Virus record (IMG/VR): IMGVR_UViG_3300027709_000056
Coordinates: 64,001 to 128,000 of that record
Length of the DNA stretch: 64,000 nucleotides
Strand: one strand, 5' to 3'
From: a virus
Under the pieces are notes generated by a model. It searched no databases. It saw only the letters and a program-made list of their open reading frames with translations, and was not told the DNA's origin. Position 1 is the first letter of the stretch. Each line of letters opens with the position of its first letter. A program made the translations under genes and the position numbers. This document shows positions 29,990-39,321 of this stretch, piece after piece.

Positions 29990-30466
29990 TTATTGTGGCA
30001 TTCCAGGCGGAGTGAATTTATCCCCAAATGATGATTTTAAATCACTATGTAATTTTTCTATTATTTCTTGGGGACTGTATATGCCTACATTATCCCAATC
30101 TACGATCTGTATATTATTTCCATCAATAAGAATATTGCTTAATTGCCAATCACCGTGGGCGTAAGGAGATGTATGATTAATATGATTAATACAGAAATTA
30201 TAAATTTTATCTATAAATTGTTCAGTAATCGGAAATGTATTTGCTGGTATTCCCGGTATAATTTTATAATCTATATATAAGCTCTCTGTAGTAACACCGT
30301 GAGTAATAACAAATCCAGGCATAAGTTTTTCTAAAATATCTAAATGTTCTTCAAGAGCCGCTTCATCTGGGTTATGTTCTGGTTTACATTGCCAAGTCTT
30401 TCTATAGAAATCTGGGAATTTCCAGACTTGCCGTGAGTTCTCTTTGTTATCTTTGATTAAGTCCAT
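29990..30466 (-). CDS. Small APH/protein-kinase-like phosphotransferase
   Basis: HGDWQLSNI catalytic loop and IVDWD Mg-binding motif. Confidence 0.7.
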   Translation of the reverse strand: MDLIKDNKENSRQVWKFPDFYRKTWQCKPEHNPDEAALEEHLDILEKLMPGFVITHGVTTESLYIDYKIIPGIPANTFPITEQFIDKIYNFCINHINHTSPYAHGDWQLSNILIDGNNIQIVDWDNVGIYSPQEIIEKLHSDLKSSFGDKFTPPGMPQ

Positions 30467-31263
30467 ACGTCAAAACTCTCTTCCCCATAAACGCAACCGT
30501 TAATGTTGCAGTTTTTACAAGGAGATTTTCCAGACCTTAGTCCACTTGCTAATTTATTTCTATAGTCCATTATTTCATCACCAAGCCATATCTCCTTTAT
30601 CGAAGTTTTATGTATGTTACCAAGTATCCCTTTTCTAGCCCAATCCTCAGAGCATACTAACGCATCACCATTCCAGTCAATAAACATTTTGTAAAAGGGC
30701 AAGTAACAAGGCTTTGTAATATTTTCTAATTTTTTTCCAAGTATATTATTTGTTCTATCAACCAATGTTAATTCAAATCTTTCAGGATAACAATGCCTAG
30801 GCATTATTTCAATATTTGTATCTCCACGCATTTCTAATAGTTCTTTTGTTATATCTTTATCATACATACTAACCATTATGTGTGTACATCCTGCATCAGC
30901 AAAATTCTTTATCTTATTAGCAGTAAGAAAGTCACCGTTAGTGTTTATGTCAATCCACTTGGCATCAGTTTGAGCGATAATTTCTATTTGTCTTGCTAGT
31001 TTTTTATGTAACAACGGTTCGCCAAATCCTACAAAGCCAACCCTACCATTAAATTTAATATCCTTAAGATCATCAGCAAGTTTTTGTGTAGTGCTTTCTG
31101 ATATAACCCAGTTCTTATTTGTATATATGTCTGGATTGCTTCTTGGACAGAAGTCACAAAATCTGTTGCATATATCAACAGGATTAATCTGTATGCTTCT
31201 TAAAGAAGAAAGTTTATCAGTTGCACCGGATGATTGCTGGGTTCGTAAGTTATGTAGGTTCAT
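30457..31263 (-). CDS. Radical SAM/SPASM protein
   Basis: CNRFCDFC, GFGEPL, CYLPF..DWNGDALVC..CKNC. Confidence 0.85.
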   Translation of the reverse strand: MNLHNLRTQQSSGATDKLSSLRSIQINPVDICNRFCDFCPRSNPDIYTNKNWVISESTTQKLADDLKDIKFNGRVGFVGFGEPLLHKKLARQIEIIAQTDAKWIDINTNGDFLTANKIKNFADAGCTHIMVSMYDKDITKELLEMRGDTNIEIMPRHCYPERFELTLVDRTNNILGKKLENITKPCYLPFYKMFIDWNGDALVCSEDWARKGILGNIHKTSIKEIWLGDEIMDYRNKLASGLRSGKSPCKNCNINGCVYGEESFDVWT

Positions 31264-31265
31264 AG

Positions 31266-32051
31266 CTAACTCCAGTCATGCTTAGAATATTTGTTATATT
31301 CTGCTAGAGTGTCCATATCTATTAATGACATTCTATAAAGACCGTTAACTTGTTTATAGCCAAGTTTCTCTGTGTATTGATTAGGTTTCTTAAAAAGAAC
31401 GTAATTGCTATTTGAAGGAACGCAATCAAAGTTTGTTTCTAAGTAGTTTCTAGTTTTAATCATTCTTTTTATATGATTTGGAATATCATTTAATATGTAT
31501 TTTAATGTGTCGCTTGGTATTGTAGCACATATAGGTCTATATTTTTTTAGTTCTTCTATTACAGTTTTATTTGCTATGCACCAACCAAACCTTGCACCAG
31601 GCATAGCATAACTCTTAGATAATGTTTTTAATACTATAATGTTTTCTACGTGTTCATATATTACGCTTTCGTTAGCAAAGTCACCGTATGCTTCATCAAC
31701 AATTAGGTATTTGTAATCTTTTGCCATTTCAATAACACGTTCTTTAGAAATTACTGTACCATCATTACCGTTTGGGTTGATAAGATAGTATACATCATCT
31801 CCTAATGGAACATTAAATTGTGTAGCACCATACCAAGGATACTGACAAACTGTCATTGATAAATTATTATCTTGTAAAAAGCGTTCTAATCGAACTGCAA
31901 GTTCACTGATGCCATATCCAACTTCGATGTGCTTATAGTTGTAGTGGTGCGTTAAAACAGAAAGTTCATCAGCATGAGTAACATATCTTCTTACATCTAA
32001 TTTTAAATTAATATTTTTGTCATAGCATACATTTTGAGCCAAACTAATCAT
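31266..32051 (-). CDS. Class I/II PLP aminotransferase (HisC-like, compact)
   Basis: NPNGNDG, IVDEAY, KTLSKSYAMPGARFG, SNYVLF. Confidence 0.8.
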   Translation of the reverse strand: MISLAQNVCYDKNINLKLDVRRYVTHADELSVLTHHYNYKHIEVGYGISELAVRLERFLQDNNLSMTVCQYPWYGATQFNVPLGDDVYYLINPNGNDGTVISKERVIEMAKDYKYLIVDEAYGDFANESVIYEHVENIIVLKTLSKSYAMPGARFGWCIANKTVIEELKKYRPICATIPSDTLKYILNDIPNHIKRMIKTRNYLETNFDCVPSNSNYVLFKKPNQYTEKLGYKQVNGLYRMSLIDMDTLAEYNKYSKHDWS

Positions 32052-32647
32052 TAATATGATCCTCTCATTATAGGCCCTTTGCCTTCATTTATTCTATGCA
32101 TACCAGGTTGCTTACTTTGAATATTTAGAACTTTAATGTAAGGATTTTCAACTATTGTTTTAATGTGTGCTACAATGTCATCAACAGTAATACCATTAAG
32201 GTGTGGATATTGTTCTAGTTCTCCATTTCCATCTATATGACTTATGTTAATAATTTTTGAATCTAAATAACTATTAAAGAATGCTTTGGCAAAATTAATT
32301 TTTTTGTTAGTTAAATTTAATAATTGTTTTTCTAAATCAGCTGTTCCTTCAGGATTATGTAATACAGCTAATCCTAAATAACTTCCTATATTAAGAACTG
32401 TATGTTTTATTTTTTTAGTATTACAATATTGATATAAGTCAACTAAAAGTTTGCTGGCTCTAAAACCGTACCCTGGACAAAAATTAATTGTTAGATCATA
32501 CTCTTCTGTTTTATCTAAGAATAATTTAATATCAACATCAAAGTTTATATCCCAGCCAGACTCTCTGCTGTAAAAACTAGTAGTATATAGTTTTGCTATT
32601 TCTTTTCCTAGCCAATGATTTGGATTACTGGTTATTCTAGCTCTCAT
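32051..32647 (-). CDS. Degenerate short-chain dehydrogenase-like protein
   Basis: SRESGWDI, TINF, VLNIGS patterns; glycine-rich loop eroded. Confidence 0.4.
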   Translation of the reverse strand: MRARITSNPNHWLGKEIAKLYTTSFYSRESGWDINFDVDIKLFLDKTEEYDLTINFCPGYGFRASKLLVDLYQYCNTKKIKHTVLNIGSYLGLAVLHNPEGTADLEKQLLNLTNKKINFAKAFFNSYLDSKIINISHIDGNGELEQYPHLNGITVDDIVAHIKTIVENPYIKVLNIQSKQPGMHRINEGKGPIMRGSY

Positions 32648-33524
32648 AATTTGCTCTCGTATATGGTAGTATAACAGCAGACGACGAATCTAATATTTTA
32701 AATAAAGGTTCTTTATTAGTATTAAGGCTACCAACGTAATAATAAACATTACTTAACCACACGGCTGTTCTTTCATTGCAATTGTATAATAATCTTTCCA
32801 GGTCATCTTCACGCCTAATATCACAAAGTCCATACTCTACATTACAATCCTTTAAAAAATTATAGTATTTTTGAACAGTTTCAATGTCTATTTGTTTAAT
32901 ATCTTCAACGGTTGCTGAACGTTTTCCTGTATGTAGTACAGGAAGAAACCTATCGTAAACTTCGTTTATATCGTCAGCTTGTATTAGTTCCCTTTGAAAT
33001 TTTAAACTTACAGGACTATAATCATAAAATTCAATATCTTTTATATTATTTTCGTATGCCCATCTAGCCATCATTGTTCCACTAGCTAGGCCAACTAGTC
33101 TGTCATAGTCACCTTCAAGTTTAAAGTACTTTTCAGTATTTTTATAATAGACTCTTTCTTTAACAAGTGGTTCAAATTCTTGTAGTTTCTCTTTTAGCGT
33201 TTCTCTATTATTAGCATTATATAGATCTAAGTAGTCTATAGGATTATCAATGTGAGTAACTGGGTAATCATTAGATAGTCTTTGTTCAAAAACTACTTTT
33301 CCATTTACAGATACAAATACATTCCAACCAAGAGGGCGATCAAGAATAGTATATAGTGTTTTGTCTGTAAACAAACATCCTTCTTGTATTTTTATATAAG
33401 GGAATTTAGGTTCTTTAGCATTACCTACAACAGTAAATGGAGCGTTCATAGGATTTATTATACCACAGAAGGTAAGTGTTTCCTCTAGATACTTGTCTTC
33501 AATGTTGTCAATATATACATTCAT
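32637..33524 (-). CDS. Hypothetical protein
   Basis: 295 aa, first gene of the minus-strand cassette. Confidence 0.7.
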   Translation of the reverse strand: MNVYIDNIEDKYLEETLTFCGIINPMNAPFTVVGNAKEPKFPYIKIQEGCLFTDKTLYTILDRPLGWNVFVSVNGKVVFEQRLSNDYPVTHIDNPIDYLDLYNANNRETLKEKLQEFEPLVKERVYYKNTEKYFKLEGDYDRLVGLASGTMMARWAYENNIKDIEFYDYSPVSLKFQRELIQADDINEVYDRFLPVLHTGKRSATVEDIKQIDIETVQKYYNFLKDCNVEYGLCDIRREDDLERLLYNCNERTAVWLSNVYYYVGSLNTNKEPLFKILDSSSAVILPYTRANYES

Positions 33525-33537
33525 CCGTTTTTGTCTT

Positions 33538-33559
33538 TATAAATATTACACATATTTAA
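33538..33559. promoter_or_regulatory. Face-to-face late promoters (TATAAATA + at 33538-33545; TTAAATA - at 33559-33553)
   Basis: Exact T4 late consensus in the divergent gap 33524/33568. Confidence 0.6.
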
Positions 33560-33567
33560 GGTAAAAC

Positions 33568-34056
33568 ATGGAATTTTTTAGCAGAACTGATATAAAGGTA
33601 GATCTTAATAGGATTACTAATGACTATTTGGACAACAAGGATACGTGGCCTTGGTCACACAATAAGGTTGCTATTAATAATCATACTGGTTCACCCGACG
33701 AAACTGATACAAAATATAAACTTGTCTATACAGAATATAAATTTATAAATCCAATATTCAAAAATTCTATCTGGGAAGAAACAATTAATCAATTACCGAT
33801 TAAAAAAGGTAGAGCAAGACTACAAATTATGAAACCGTTTAGCATTTTAACTGCACATAGAGACTTTGAACAAAGATATCACCTTGCTATTAAAACAGAC
33901 CCAGCTTGTCTATTTGTTGATGTTAATGAAAATAAAACTTACCATATTCCTGCTGATGGATATTTTTATAAAGTTAATACTATGAAACTCCATACAGTAT
34001 TCAATGCCAGTAATAATTGTGACAGGCTTCATTTAGTTGTGAGCGAATATGTATAA
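33568..34056 (+). CDS. Aspartyl/asparaginyl beta-hydroxylase-like Fe(II)/2OG dioxygenase
   Basis: RARL..L.AHRD..RYHL, HTVFN..RLHLV (HxD...H...R). Confidence 0.7.
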   Translation: MEFFSRTDIKVDLNRITNDYLDNKDTWPWSHNKVAINNHTGSPDETDTKYKLVYTEYKFINPIFKNSIWEETINQLPIKKGRARLQIMKPFSILTAHRDFEQRYHLAIKTDPACLFVDVNENKTYHIPADGYFYKVNTMKLHTVFNASNNCDRLHLVVSEYV

Positions 34057-34324
34057 TACATTTTTGAATATAGAGCTTTCTAAGGAGTTTGATCTTGATG
34101 CCACTGATGAAAGTATATCTTGGTCTAAAAAAGCAGATCTAGTGTCTATAGTTAATCAATATATTACTAATAAGCAACTAGTAGAAATATTAAAGGTAAA
34201 CGAGGATTATGTATTTACTTGGGATAATCAAGATAGTTATAAAAAATTTATAACCGAAAACCTATTTGTAGAAATGTTCTTTTTGTTAAAGAATTCAGGG
34301 GTGTTTATTTCATGGAAGGAATAG
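34049..34324 (+). CDS. Hypothetical protein
   Basis: 91 aa coupled ORF. Confidence 0.55.
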   Translation: MYNTFLNIELSKEFDLDATDESISWSKKADLVSIVNQYITNKQLVEILKVNEDYVFTWDNQDSYKKFITENLFVEMFFLLKNSGVFISWKE

Positions 34325-34637
34325 CAGTACTTCTATATTGAGCTTCAACTTCGTTAGGCCAGAACCAAACAGTATCAACAATATTCTTAATATCTAAGTT
34401 TTCAATGTAGTTCTCTATTGATCGTTTCATGTCATCAGTAGGACTTACAGCATATATCGTTGTAATAGTTCCGCCCCAGTCAGTAAAGCCACTTCTTAAC
34501 ATCTGTTTCCAACCAAAGACAGTTGCATCAAGTTCAGCAAAAGTATCATCAATAGATATGACTACTACGTTGTGTATTTTATTTGATAATTGTGATTCGT
34601 CTGGAATAGACCAAAATACTGTTATGTCATTACGCAT
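34305..34637 (-). CDS. Hypothetical protein
   Basis: 110 aa; ATAAATA 5 nt before the ATG. Confidence 0.6.
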   Translation of the reverse strand: MRNDITVFWSIPDESQLSNKIHNVVVISIDDTFAELDATVFGWKQMLRSGFTDWGGTITTIYAVSPTDDMKRSIENYIENLDIKNIVDTVWFWPNEVEAQYRSTAIPSMK

Positions 34638-34680
34638 AAAAATATTTATGTTTGATATATTTTGGATTTAGTGATTATGA

Positions 34681-36054
34681 TTAAGTGTGTAAGTCTACCC
34701 AAGCTACGCCTGTACGTCCTTGGAATTTATTATCGGTAGTATTATAAATTATCATACCAGCCGCCGGAGTTAATGCATCTCTTTCAACAGTTGTTAGGTT
34801 ACCAAATTTTGTATAACCGCTTACTATTGCATCACCATTTACATCGAGGTTAGCACTTGCTTCTTCTTGGTTAACAGCCATTCGACCCCTGGAATCAAAA
34901 TTAAATTTCTTAATTGCATCACCATCAACACCAGACGCTACAAGAATATGAATCTTTTGATCAAGTCTATCAACTGCAATAGTTCCGTTTGGATCAACCT
35001 GTGCAAGTATAGTACTTATTTGTCTATTATTATTTCCTGGACTATCTTGTCCTGAAAAAGCATAACCGCCTAGAATGTCACCAGCAACGAGCTGTGTTGG
35101 AGTTTCAATAGATCCTTTATAACCTTCTAACTCCATTCTTCGAAGATCAGGTAATCCAGTTTTAACATCTGCAACATTTGAAGGTGTTGCTGTTAGTGTA
35201 GCAACAATCAGCGGTGCTTTATCTAAGCTACCTGGCCAAATTGTAAGTCCACCAAAATCGCCTGCCGCCGGTCTAGCATCAAGCATCGTATGTCCACTAA
35301 GGTTAGTAGCACCAAAAACGGCTCCACTATTCATTACCATAGTGTTGTTAATAGCATCTATAACTATTGATGAATCGTCATTAAAGACTGATCCTAAAAC
35401 ATCACCTGTTAAACTTCCAGTAATTTGATTTGCTTGTATATTACCTGCAAACGTTCCATCATTTGCTGTAACATTTTTTGTTGTAGCATTATAAAAATTT
35501 GAATTGTCAGCGGCATCTACATCACCTGTAAGTTTACCACTAGCATTTAAGGCTCCAGTTGCTTTATTAAGTAAGACAGTACTATCGTCTCCAACAACAT
35601 TAGCATTAATAACTGCGGCACTAATATCGTCGTTAACGTGTACAGTTTTAAACCAACCTTGATTAAATCTTGATGTTCCAGCACCAATGTTTCTTGCACC
35701 ATCTACGTCTGGAATAATATGACTTTCTACTTTCGCAGTAAAGGCAACAGTATCAGTTGAAGCGTCACCTATATTAAGGTTTCCACCAAGTGTAAGATTA
35801 CCATCTGCTGTAATGTTACCTGTTATAGTAATGTTACCAGTAGTATTAATGTTACCAGTACCTACTAAATCAAAGTTATTTAAATCAACATTGGAACCAT
35901 AAGCCGTTCCAGCTGTGTCAACTGGGTTCCCACCAACAGTTAAACCATCGCCTATATATAGTCTTTTGGTGTCTGTAGTGTAGACTAATTCACCATCTGC
36001 TGGTGTAATTAACCCTCGTTCGCTGTCTGTTCCTCTGCGTAATCTTAAAGCCAT
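34681..36054 (-). CDS. Tail fibre-like protein with Mtd-N-type head
   Basis: MALRLRRGT..GELVYTTDTKRLYIGDG N-terminus, G/N/D/T-rich shaft, C-terminal ERDALTPAAGMIIYNTTDNKFQG motif; ATAAATA at 36090-36084 and AGGAG SD. Confidence 0.75.
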   Translation of the reverse strand: MALRLRRGTDSERGLITPADGELVYTTDTKRLYIGDGLTVGGNPVDTAGTAYGSNVDLNNFDLVGTGNINTTGNITITGNITADGNLTLGGNLNIGDASTDTVAFTAKVESHIIPDVDGARNIGAGTSRFNQGWFKTVHVNDDISAAVINANVVGDDSTVLLNKATGALNASGKLTGDVDAADNSNFYNATTKNVTANDGTFAGNIQANQITGSLTGDVLGSVFNDDSSIVIDAINNTMVMNSGAVFGATNLSGHTMLDARPAAGDFGGLTIWPGSLDKAPLIVATLTATPSNVADVKTGLPDLRRMELEGYKGSIETPTQLVAGDILGGYAFSGQDSPGNNNRQISTILAQVDPNGTIAVDRLDQKIHILVASGVDGDAIKKFNFDSRGRMAVNQEEASANLDVNGDAIVSGYTKFGNLTTVERDALTPAAGMIIYNTTDNKFQGRTGVAWVDLHT

Positions 36055-36104
36055 TTAATATTCACTCCTGGATATCTTACTAGTATTTATGCCGTTAAAC
36101 ATAT

Positions 36105-36425
36105 TTATTTGTTCTTCTTCAAGAAGCCTTTGGTACGCTTTTGCACATCCTTTTTCACACGATCTGTATCTACCCTGAAATCGATGTGCTTGATGCTATT
36201 ATCATAGCCAGTAAATAGCTCGTGTAGAGTACGTTCAAGCTTCTGTAAAGGGTTATTTTTTGAGTTCCCGTCTTTTACAAGTATATCCCAGATTTTGCCA
36301 TTCCCGAATTCAACCCTTACAGAGTGTAAGTATTGGAGAGGAATGGCTTTAATATCTATATCTTTAAATACTTCTGGCCACTTGTTAATGACATCTTGCG
36401 GTAGCCTCTTCTTAGGCTTTGCCAC
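36105..36425 (-). CDS. Hypothetical protein
   Basis: 106 aa coupled ORF. Confidence 0.65.
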   Translation of the reverse strand: MAKPKKRLPQDVINKWPEVFKDIDIKAIPLQYLHSVRVEFGNGKIWDILVKDGNSKNNPLQKLERTLHELFTGYDNSIKHIDFRVDTDRVKKDVQKRTKGFLKKNK

Positions 36426-37011
36426 TGGCTTTAGCTTTAGTGCTAGGGCTCAGCTTTTCAGCATCTTTACGAAGCTGTTCCGCTTCTTTAAACAATGCGT
36501 CAGCATCTTTACGCATATTAGTAGCTAAATCTTCGTCTGATAAAGCCTTTTCTTTAGTGGTTACAACATCATCTACCGTTGCAGATGGTACAGACTGAAC
36601 TGTGCCTACTTCTTCTACACTAGATTGGTTAACCGCTAAATCTTTAACTTGTACGCCTTTTTGTTCAGCAATTTGACGATTGATTTCATCAAGGCCTATT
36701 GCTACTTGCGTATTAGGTGTCATTTCAATGTCAGCGGTACTAACCTTAACTAGGTTTCCTGCTGTATGAAAACGTGCTAACATAATACTACCATCGGTTA
36801 ATGGTGTACGTTGCATCGCATCTGCTAACTCATGTGCCGTTTGACCAGCATTACTTTCGATTAAATTCATCAAAGTATCATGGTCTTCGTCTTTTAAGTT
36901 TTCAGTTTGACAAACTAATGCACTATCAGGGTCGTCTGGTAAAGTACGAAATACAACCGCACATTTACGTTTGCTTTTTTTGTACCGACCAATGTGTTTT
37001 AAATCAGCCAT
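36412..37011 (-). CDS. Hypothetical protein with C-terminal coiled coil
   Basis: 199 aa coupled ORF. Confidence 0.7.
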   Translation of the reverse strand: MADLKHIGRYKKSKRKCAVVFRTLPDDPDSALVCQTENLKDEDHDTLMNLIESNAGQTAHELADAMQRTPLTDGSIMLARFHTAGNLVKVSTADIEMTPNTQVAIGLDEINRQIAEQKGVQVKDLAVNQSSVEEVGTVQSVPSATVDDVVTTKEKALSDEDLATNMRKDADALFKEAEQLRKDAEKLSPSTKAKASGKA

Positions 37012-37367
37012 TATTTGTCTCCTGTTGGAGTAGCTGGCTTGGCTGGTGTTGCCGGAGCATTACCTTGTGCCGCTACTTGTTGATTTTGTATACTAGTTAG
37101 AAATGTTTCTAACTTGGTATACGTTTTGCCAATTGCTTCTAGTTCGTTGGCTTTAAAGGCCCCACGACTTTGAGCAACTTCGATAATTGTTTTCAGTACT
37201 CCTAAATCTTGAACAGTGAGTTCAGGATTGCCTGCTGGGGGAGCCCCGTCGGGCCCTGGAGTAGCTGAAGGATTTGTAACGCCTGGAGCCGTAGGTGCTA
37301 CTGGTGCCGCCTGAGGCGGAGTTGCACTAGTACCTTCTGGTGCCATCGCTTGTTTTCCATCTGACAT
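37011..37367 (-). CDS. Hypothetical protein, Pro/Ala-rich termini around a helical core
   Basis: AAGGAG SD; ATAAATA at 37417-37411. Confidence 0.7.
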   Translation of the reverse strand: MSDGKQAMAPEGTSATPPQAAPVAPTAPGVTNPSATPGPDGAPPAGNPELTVQDLGVLKTIIEVAQSRGAFKANELEAIGKTYTKLETFLTSIQNQQVAAQGNAPATPAKPATPTGDK

Positions 37368-37416
37368 ATATGTTCTCCTTTAATAGTCTTGTATAGTTAT
37401 ATACGTATATTATTTA

Positions 37417-37755
37417 TTAATACTTTAAATGTGGACACGCCAACATGAAATATGAAAGCTCTTTTGGGTCTTCAAAACCGAGATTAATCATGGTGTTTAT
37501 TGTGTTGTCATTATCTATAGCTACCTTTTTGCCTATAAAAAATCTGCTCTTTAAGTTCTTTAGTATCCATTTTGCCATAGCCTCTTCCAAATTGTAATTT
37601 TGTTTGAGTGTAATATATTCAAAATGAGGTGGAGCCACAGACAGTTGTCTTAGCTCAAAAAAGTTTAAGGCATTTGGTTGCCCTGTTTTATGTAGCATTA
37701 TATCTTGCATTCCTTTAAATGTATTTGGTTGTTTCTTTTTTTGCCCACCCTTCAC
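37417..37755 (-). CDS. Hypothetical protein
   Basis: 112 aa; true start may be downstream. Confidence 0.6.
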   Translation of the reverse strand: MKGGQKKKQPNTFKGMQDIMLHKTGQPNALNFFELRQLSVAPPHFEYITLKQNYNLEEAMAKWILKNLKSRFFIGKKVAIDNDNTINTMINLGFEDPKELSYFMLACPHLKY

Positions 37756-37921
37756 CAGACAGATCTGCTAATGGATCTTTTATTTCTTTAATGTTAGTAA
37801 CTAGGTTAGGCGCAAATCGTTGTTCTATATCTGTTCCTGTATCGCTATAAACAAAGGATTTAATAGTCCTAACTTTAGATGGATGCATATATTTTAGTTT
37901 AAAACTCCAAGCCTTTGTCAT
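37715..37921 (-). CDS. Hypothetical protein
   Basis: 68 aa, ATGA-coupled. Confidence 0.55.
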   Translation of the reverse strand: MTKAWSFKLKYMHPSKVRTIKSFVYSDTGTDIEQRFAPNLVTNIKEIKDPLADLSGEGWAKKETTKYI

Positions 37922-39219
37922 TTTGAGTCTTCGTAGTGTGCCGTAACTCCGAATGGTGCCTTTAAGTTCTTGTCATGATGTCCGTGAATGATGAATACTG
38001 TTTCACAGTAGTTTTCATCACCCCAGCTATCCCAAGGATAACCATCTGTAAACATTATGAAACGTTTTGGATTAATACCGTTCTCTTCCATATATTTCCA
38101 ATTCGCCATAAAGTCTGTTCCGCCACCGCCTTTAATTTCGTAGTGTTCAAGTTCACTACCATTATCAGCAGTAAAGTCTGCTTCGTTATATACTTTAGTA
38201 TCAAAGCACCATAGCTTAATTCTGTAGTCCTGGTACTCTTGCATAATGCCTTGTACTTCACTTAGAAACACTTTAGCTTGATCGTTTCCAATTGATCCAC
38301 TCATATCAATTCCAATACAAATATCAATAGTTGTATCAAAAGTCATACCTGGAAGAATTGCTCCCGTGTGCCATCCTTTACGTGAAGGACGTTGGAAAGA
38401 ATAATCATTTTTAATAGTGCTTTGGATCTGTTGACGTAACAGTTCACGCCAGTTCATTTTAGGTTCAGTAAGTTCTTTAATAAAACGATCAACTTCACCA
38501 GGAACATTACCAGCACCTGCGGCCTGTGCCGCCCCTAGCATACTTTCCTTAACTTCATCACGGATTTTACGAAGTTCGTCTTTAGAATATTTTGGCGGTC
38601 CTTTTTTGTCTTTCTTCTTGTTCTTTTTATCTTTAGAATTAGATGGGCTTTTATTTTCGTTATCTTTATCCCAATCAATATGATCATCAAGCAACTCGCC
38701 TAATTGCTCAAGTTCTTCTTCATCATATTTCTTATAAAGCTCATCGTAAACTTTCTCACTAGTCCAACCTTCATATTTGAAGTCTTGGAAAATTTGTATA
38801 TCTTTTGGTTTTGTTCCGATTGAATCACGCACCAAAGTATTATTAACAATATAATCTGATGCAATATTATGAACCTGTGGATCTCTATCTTCACGTCTTG
38901 TCATATGATCAAAAACGCAATGAAGAATTTCGTGGGCTATAACAAACTCAATTTCTTTGTTTGTCATTTTAGCGAAAAACTGTGAATTATAAAATAAGTG
39001 TCTACCGTCAGTTGCGGCAGTTCCACACCAGTCATCACATTCTTTTATAATAAGCCTTGTAGCCATATTACCAAAAAATGGGTGGCGTAAAAGTAATCCA
39101 ACTCGTGCTACGATAATTTTGTCCAAAACTTCAGCTCGAAGATCTTTCAATTCTTCTGGTGAAAGTTTAACTTCTTCTGTTTTTGGTTTGTCTAAAGTAA
39201 TTGTAGTCATCTGTGCCAT
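37918..39219 (-). CDS. HExxH metallopeptidase-like + VWA domain protein (DUF2201-like)
   Basis: TAATDG, HEILH, C-terminal IDMSGS MIDAS, GGGGTDF, MFTDG. Confidence 0.8.
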   Translation of the reverse strand: MAQMTTITLDKPKTEEVKLSPEELKDLRAEVLDKIIVARVGLLLRHPFFGNMATRLIIKECDDWCGTAATDGRHLFYNSQFFAKMTNKEIEFVIAHEILHCVFDHMTRREDRDPQVHNIASDYIVNNTLVRDSIGTKPKDIQIFQDFKYEGWTSEKVYDELYKKYDEEELEQLGELLDDHIDWDKDNENKSPSNSKDKKNKKKDKKGPPKYSKDELRKIRDEVKESMLGAAQAAGAGNVPGEVDRFIKELTEPKMNWRELLRQQIQSTIKNDYSFQRPSRKGWHTGAILPGMTFDTTIDICIGIDMSGSIGNDQAKVFLSEVQGIMQEYQDYRIKLWCFDTKVYNEADFTADNGSELEHYEIKGGGGTDFMANWKYMEENGINPKRFIMFTDGYPWDSWGDENYCETVFIIHGHHDKNLKAPFGVTAHYEDSK

Positions 39220-39243
39220 TCCTCAATTTCTTATTATATGTAT

Positions 39244-39272
39244 ATTATACTATATTTAATGTTCATTGTCAA
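39244..39272 (-). promoter_or_regulatory. sigma70 promoter TTGACA-N17-TATAAT
   Basis: Perfect consensus read directly from the sequence. Confidence 0.85.
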
Positions 39273-39275
39273 CCG

Positions 39276-39310
39276 AAAAATGGAAGGGGATTAATTAAAA
39301 TCCCCCTCCA
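39276..39310 (-). terminator. Rho-independent terminator after the MoxR ATPase
   Basis: TGGAGGGGGATT-TTAATT-AATCCCCTTCCA stem (one G.U pair) followed by TTTTT. Confidence 0.8.
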
Positions 39311-39321
39311 AATGACGCCTG

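Noticed and set aside
34681-36054. Possible diversity-generating retroelement target (Mtd-like N-terminus)
   Set aside because: No reverse transcriptase, no template/variable repeat pair and no C-type-lectin-like variable C-terminus seen in the window.
37011-37367. Pro/Ala-rich protein as a RiPP precursor for the rSAM enzymes
   Set aside because: It lies outside the island, has a folded helical core and shows no Cys/Trp-rich core or leader/core pattern. No convincing precursor peptide was found near the rSAM genes.
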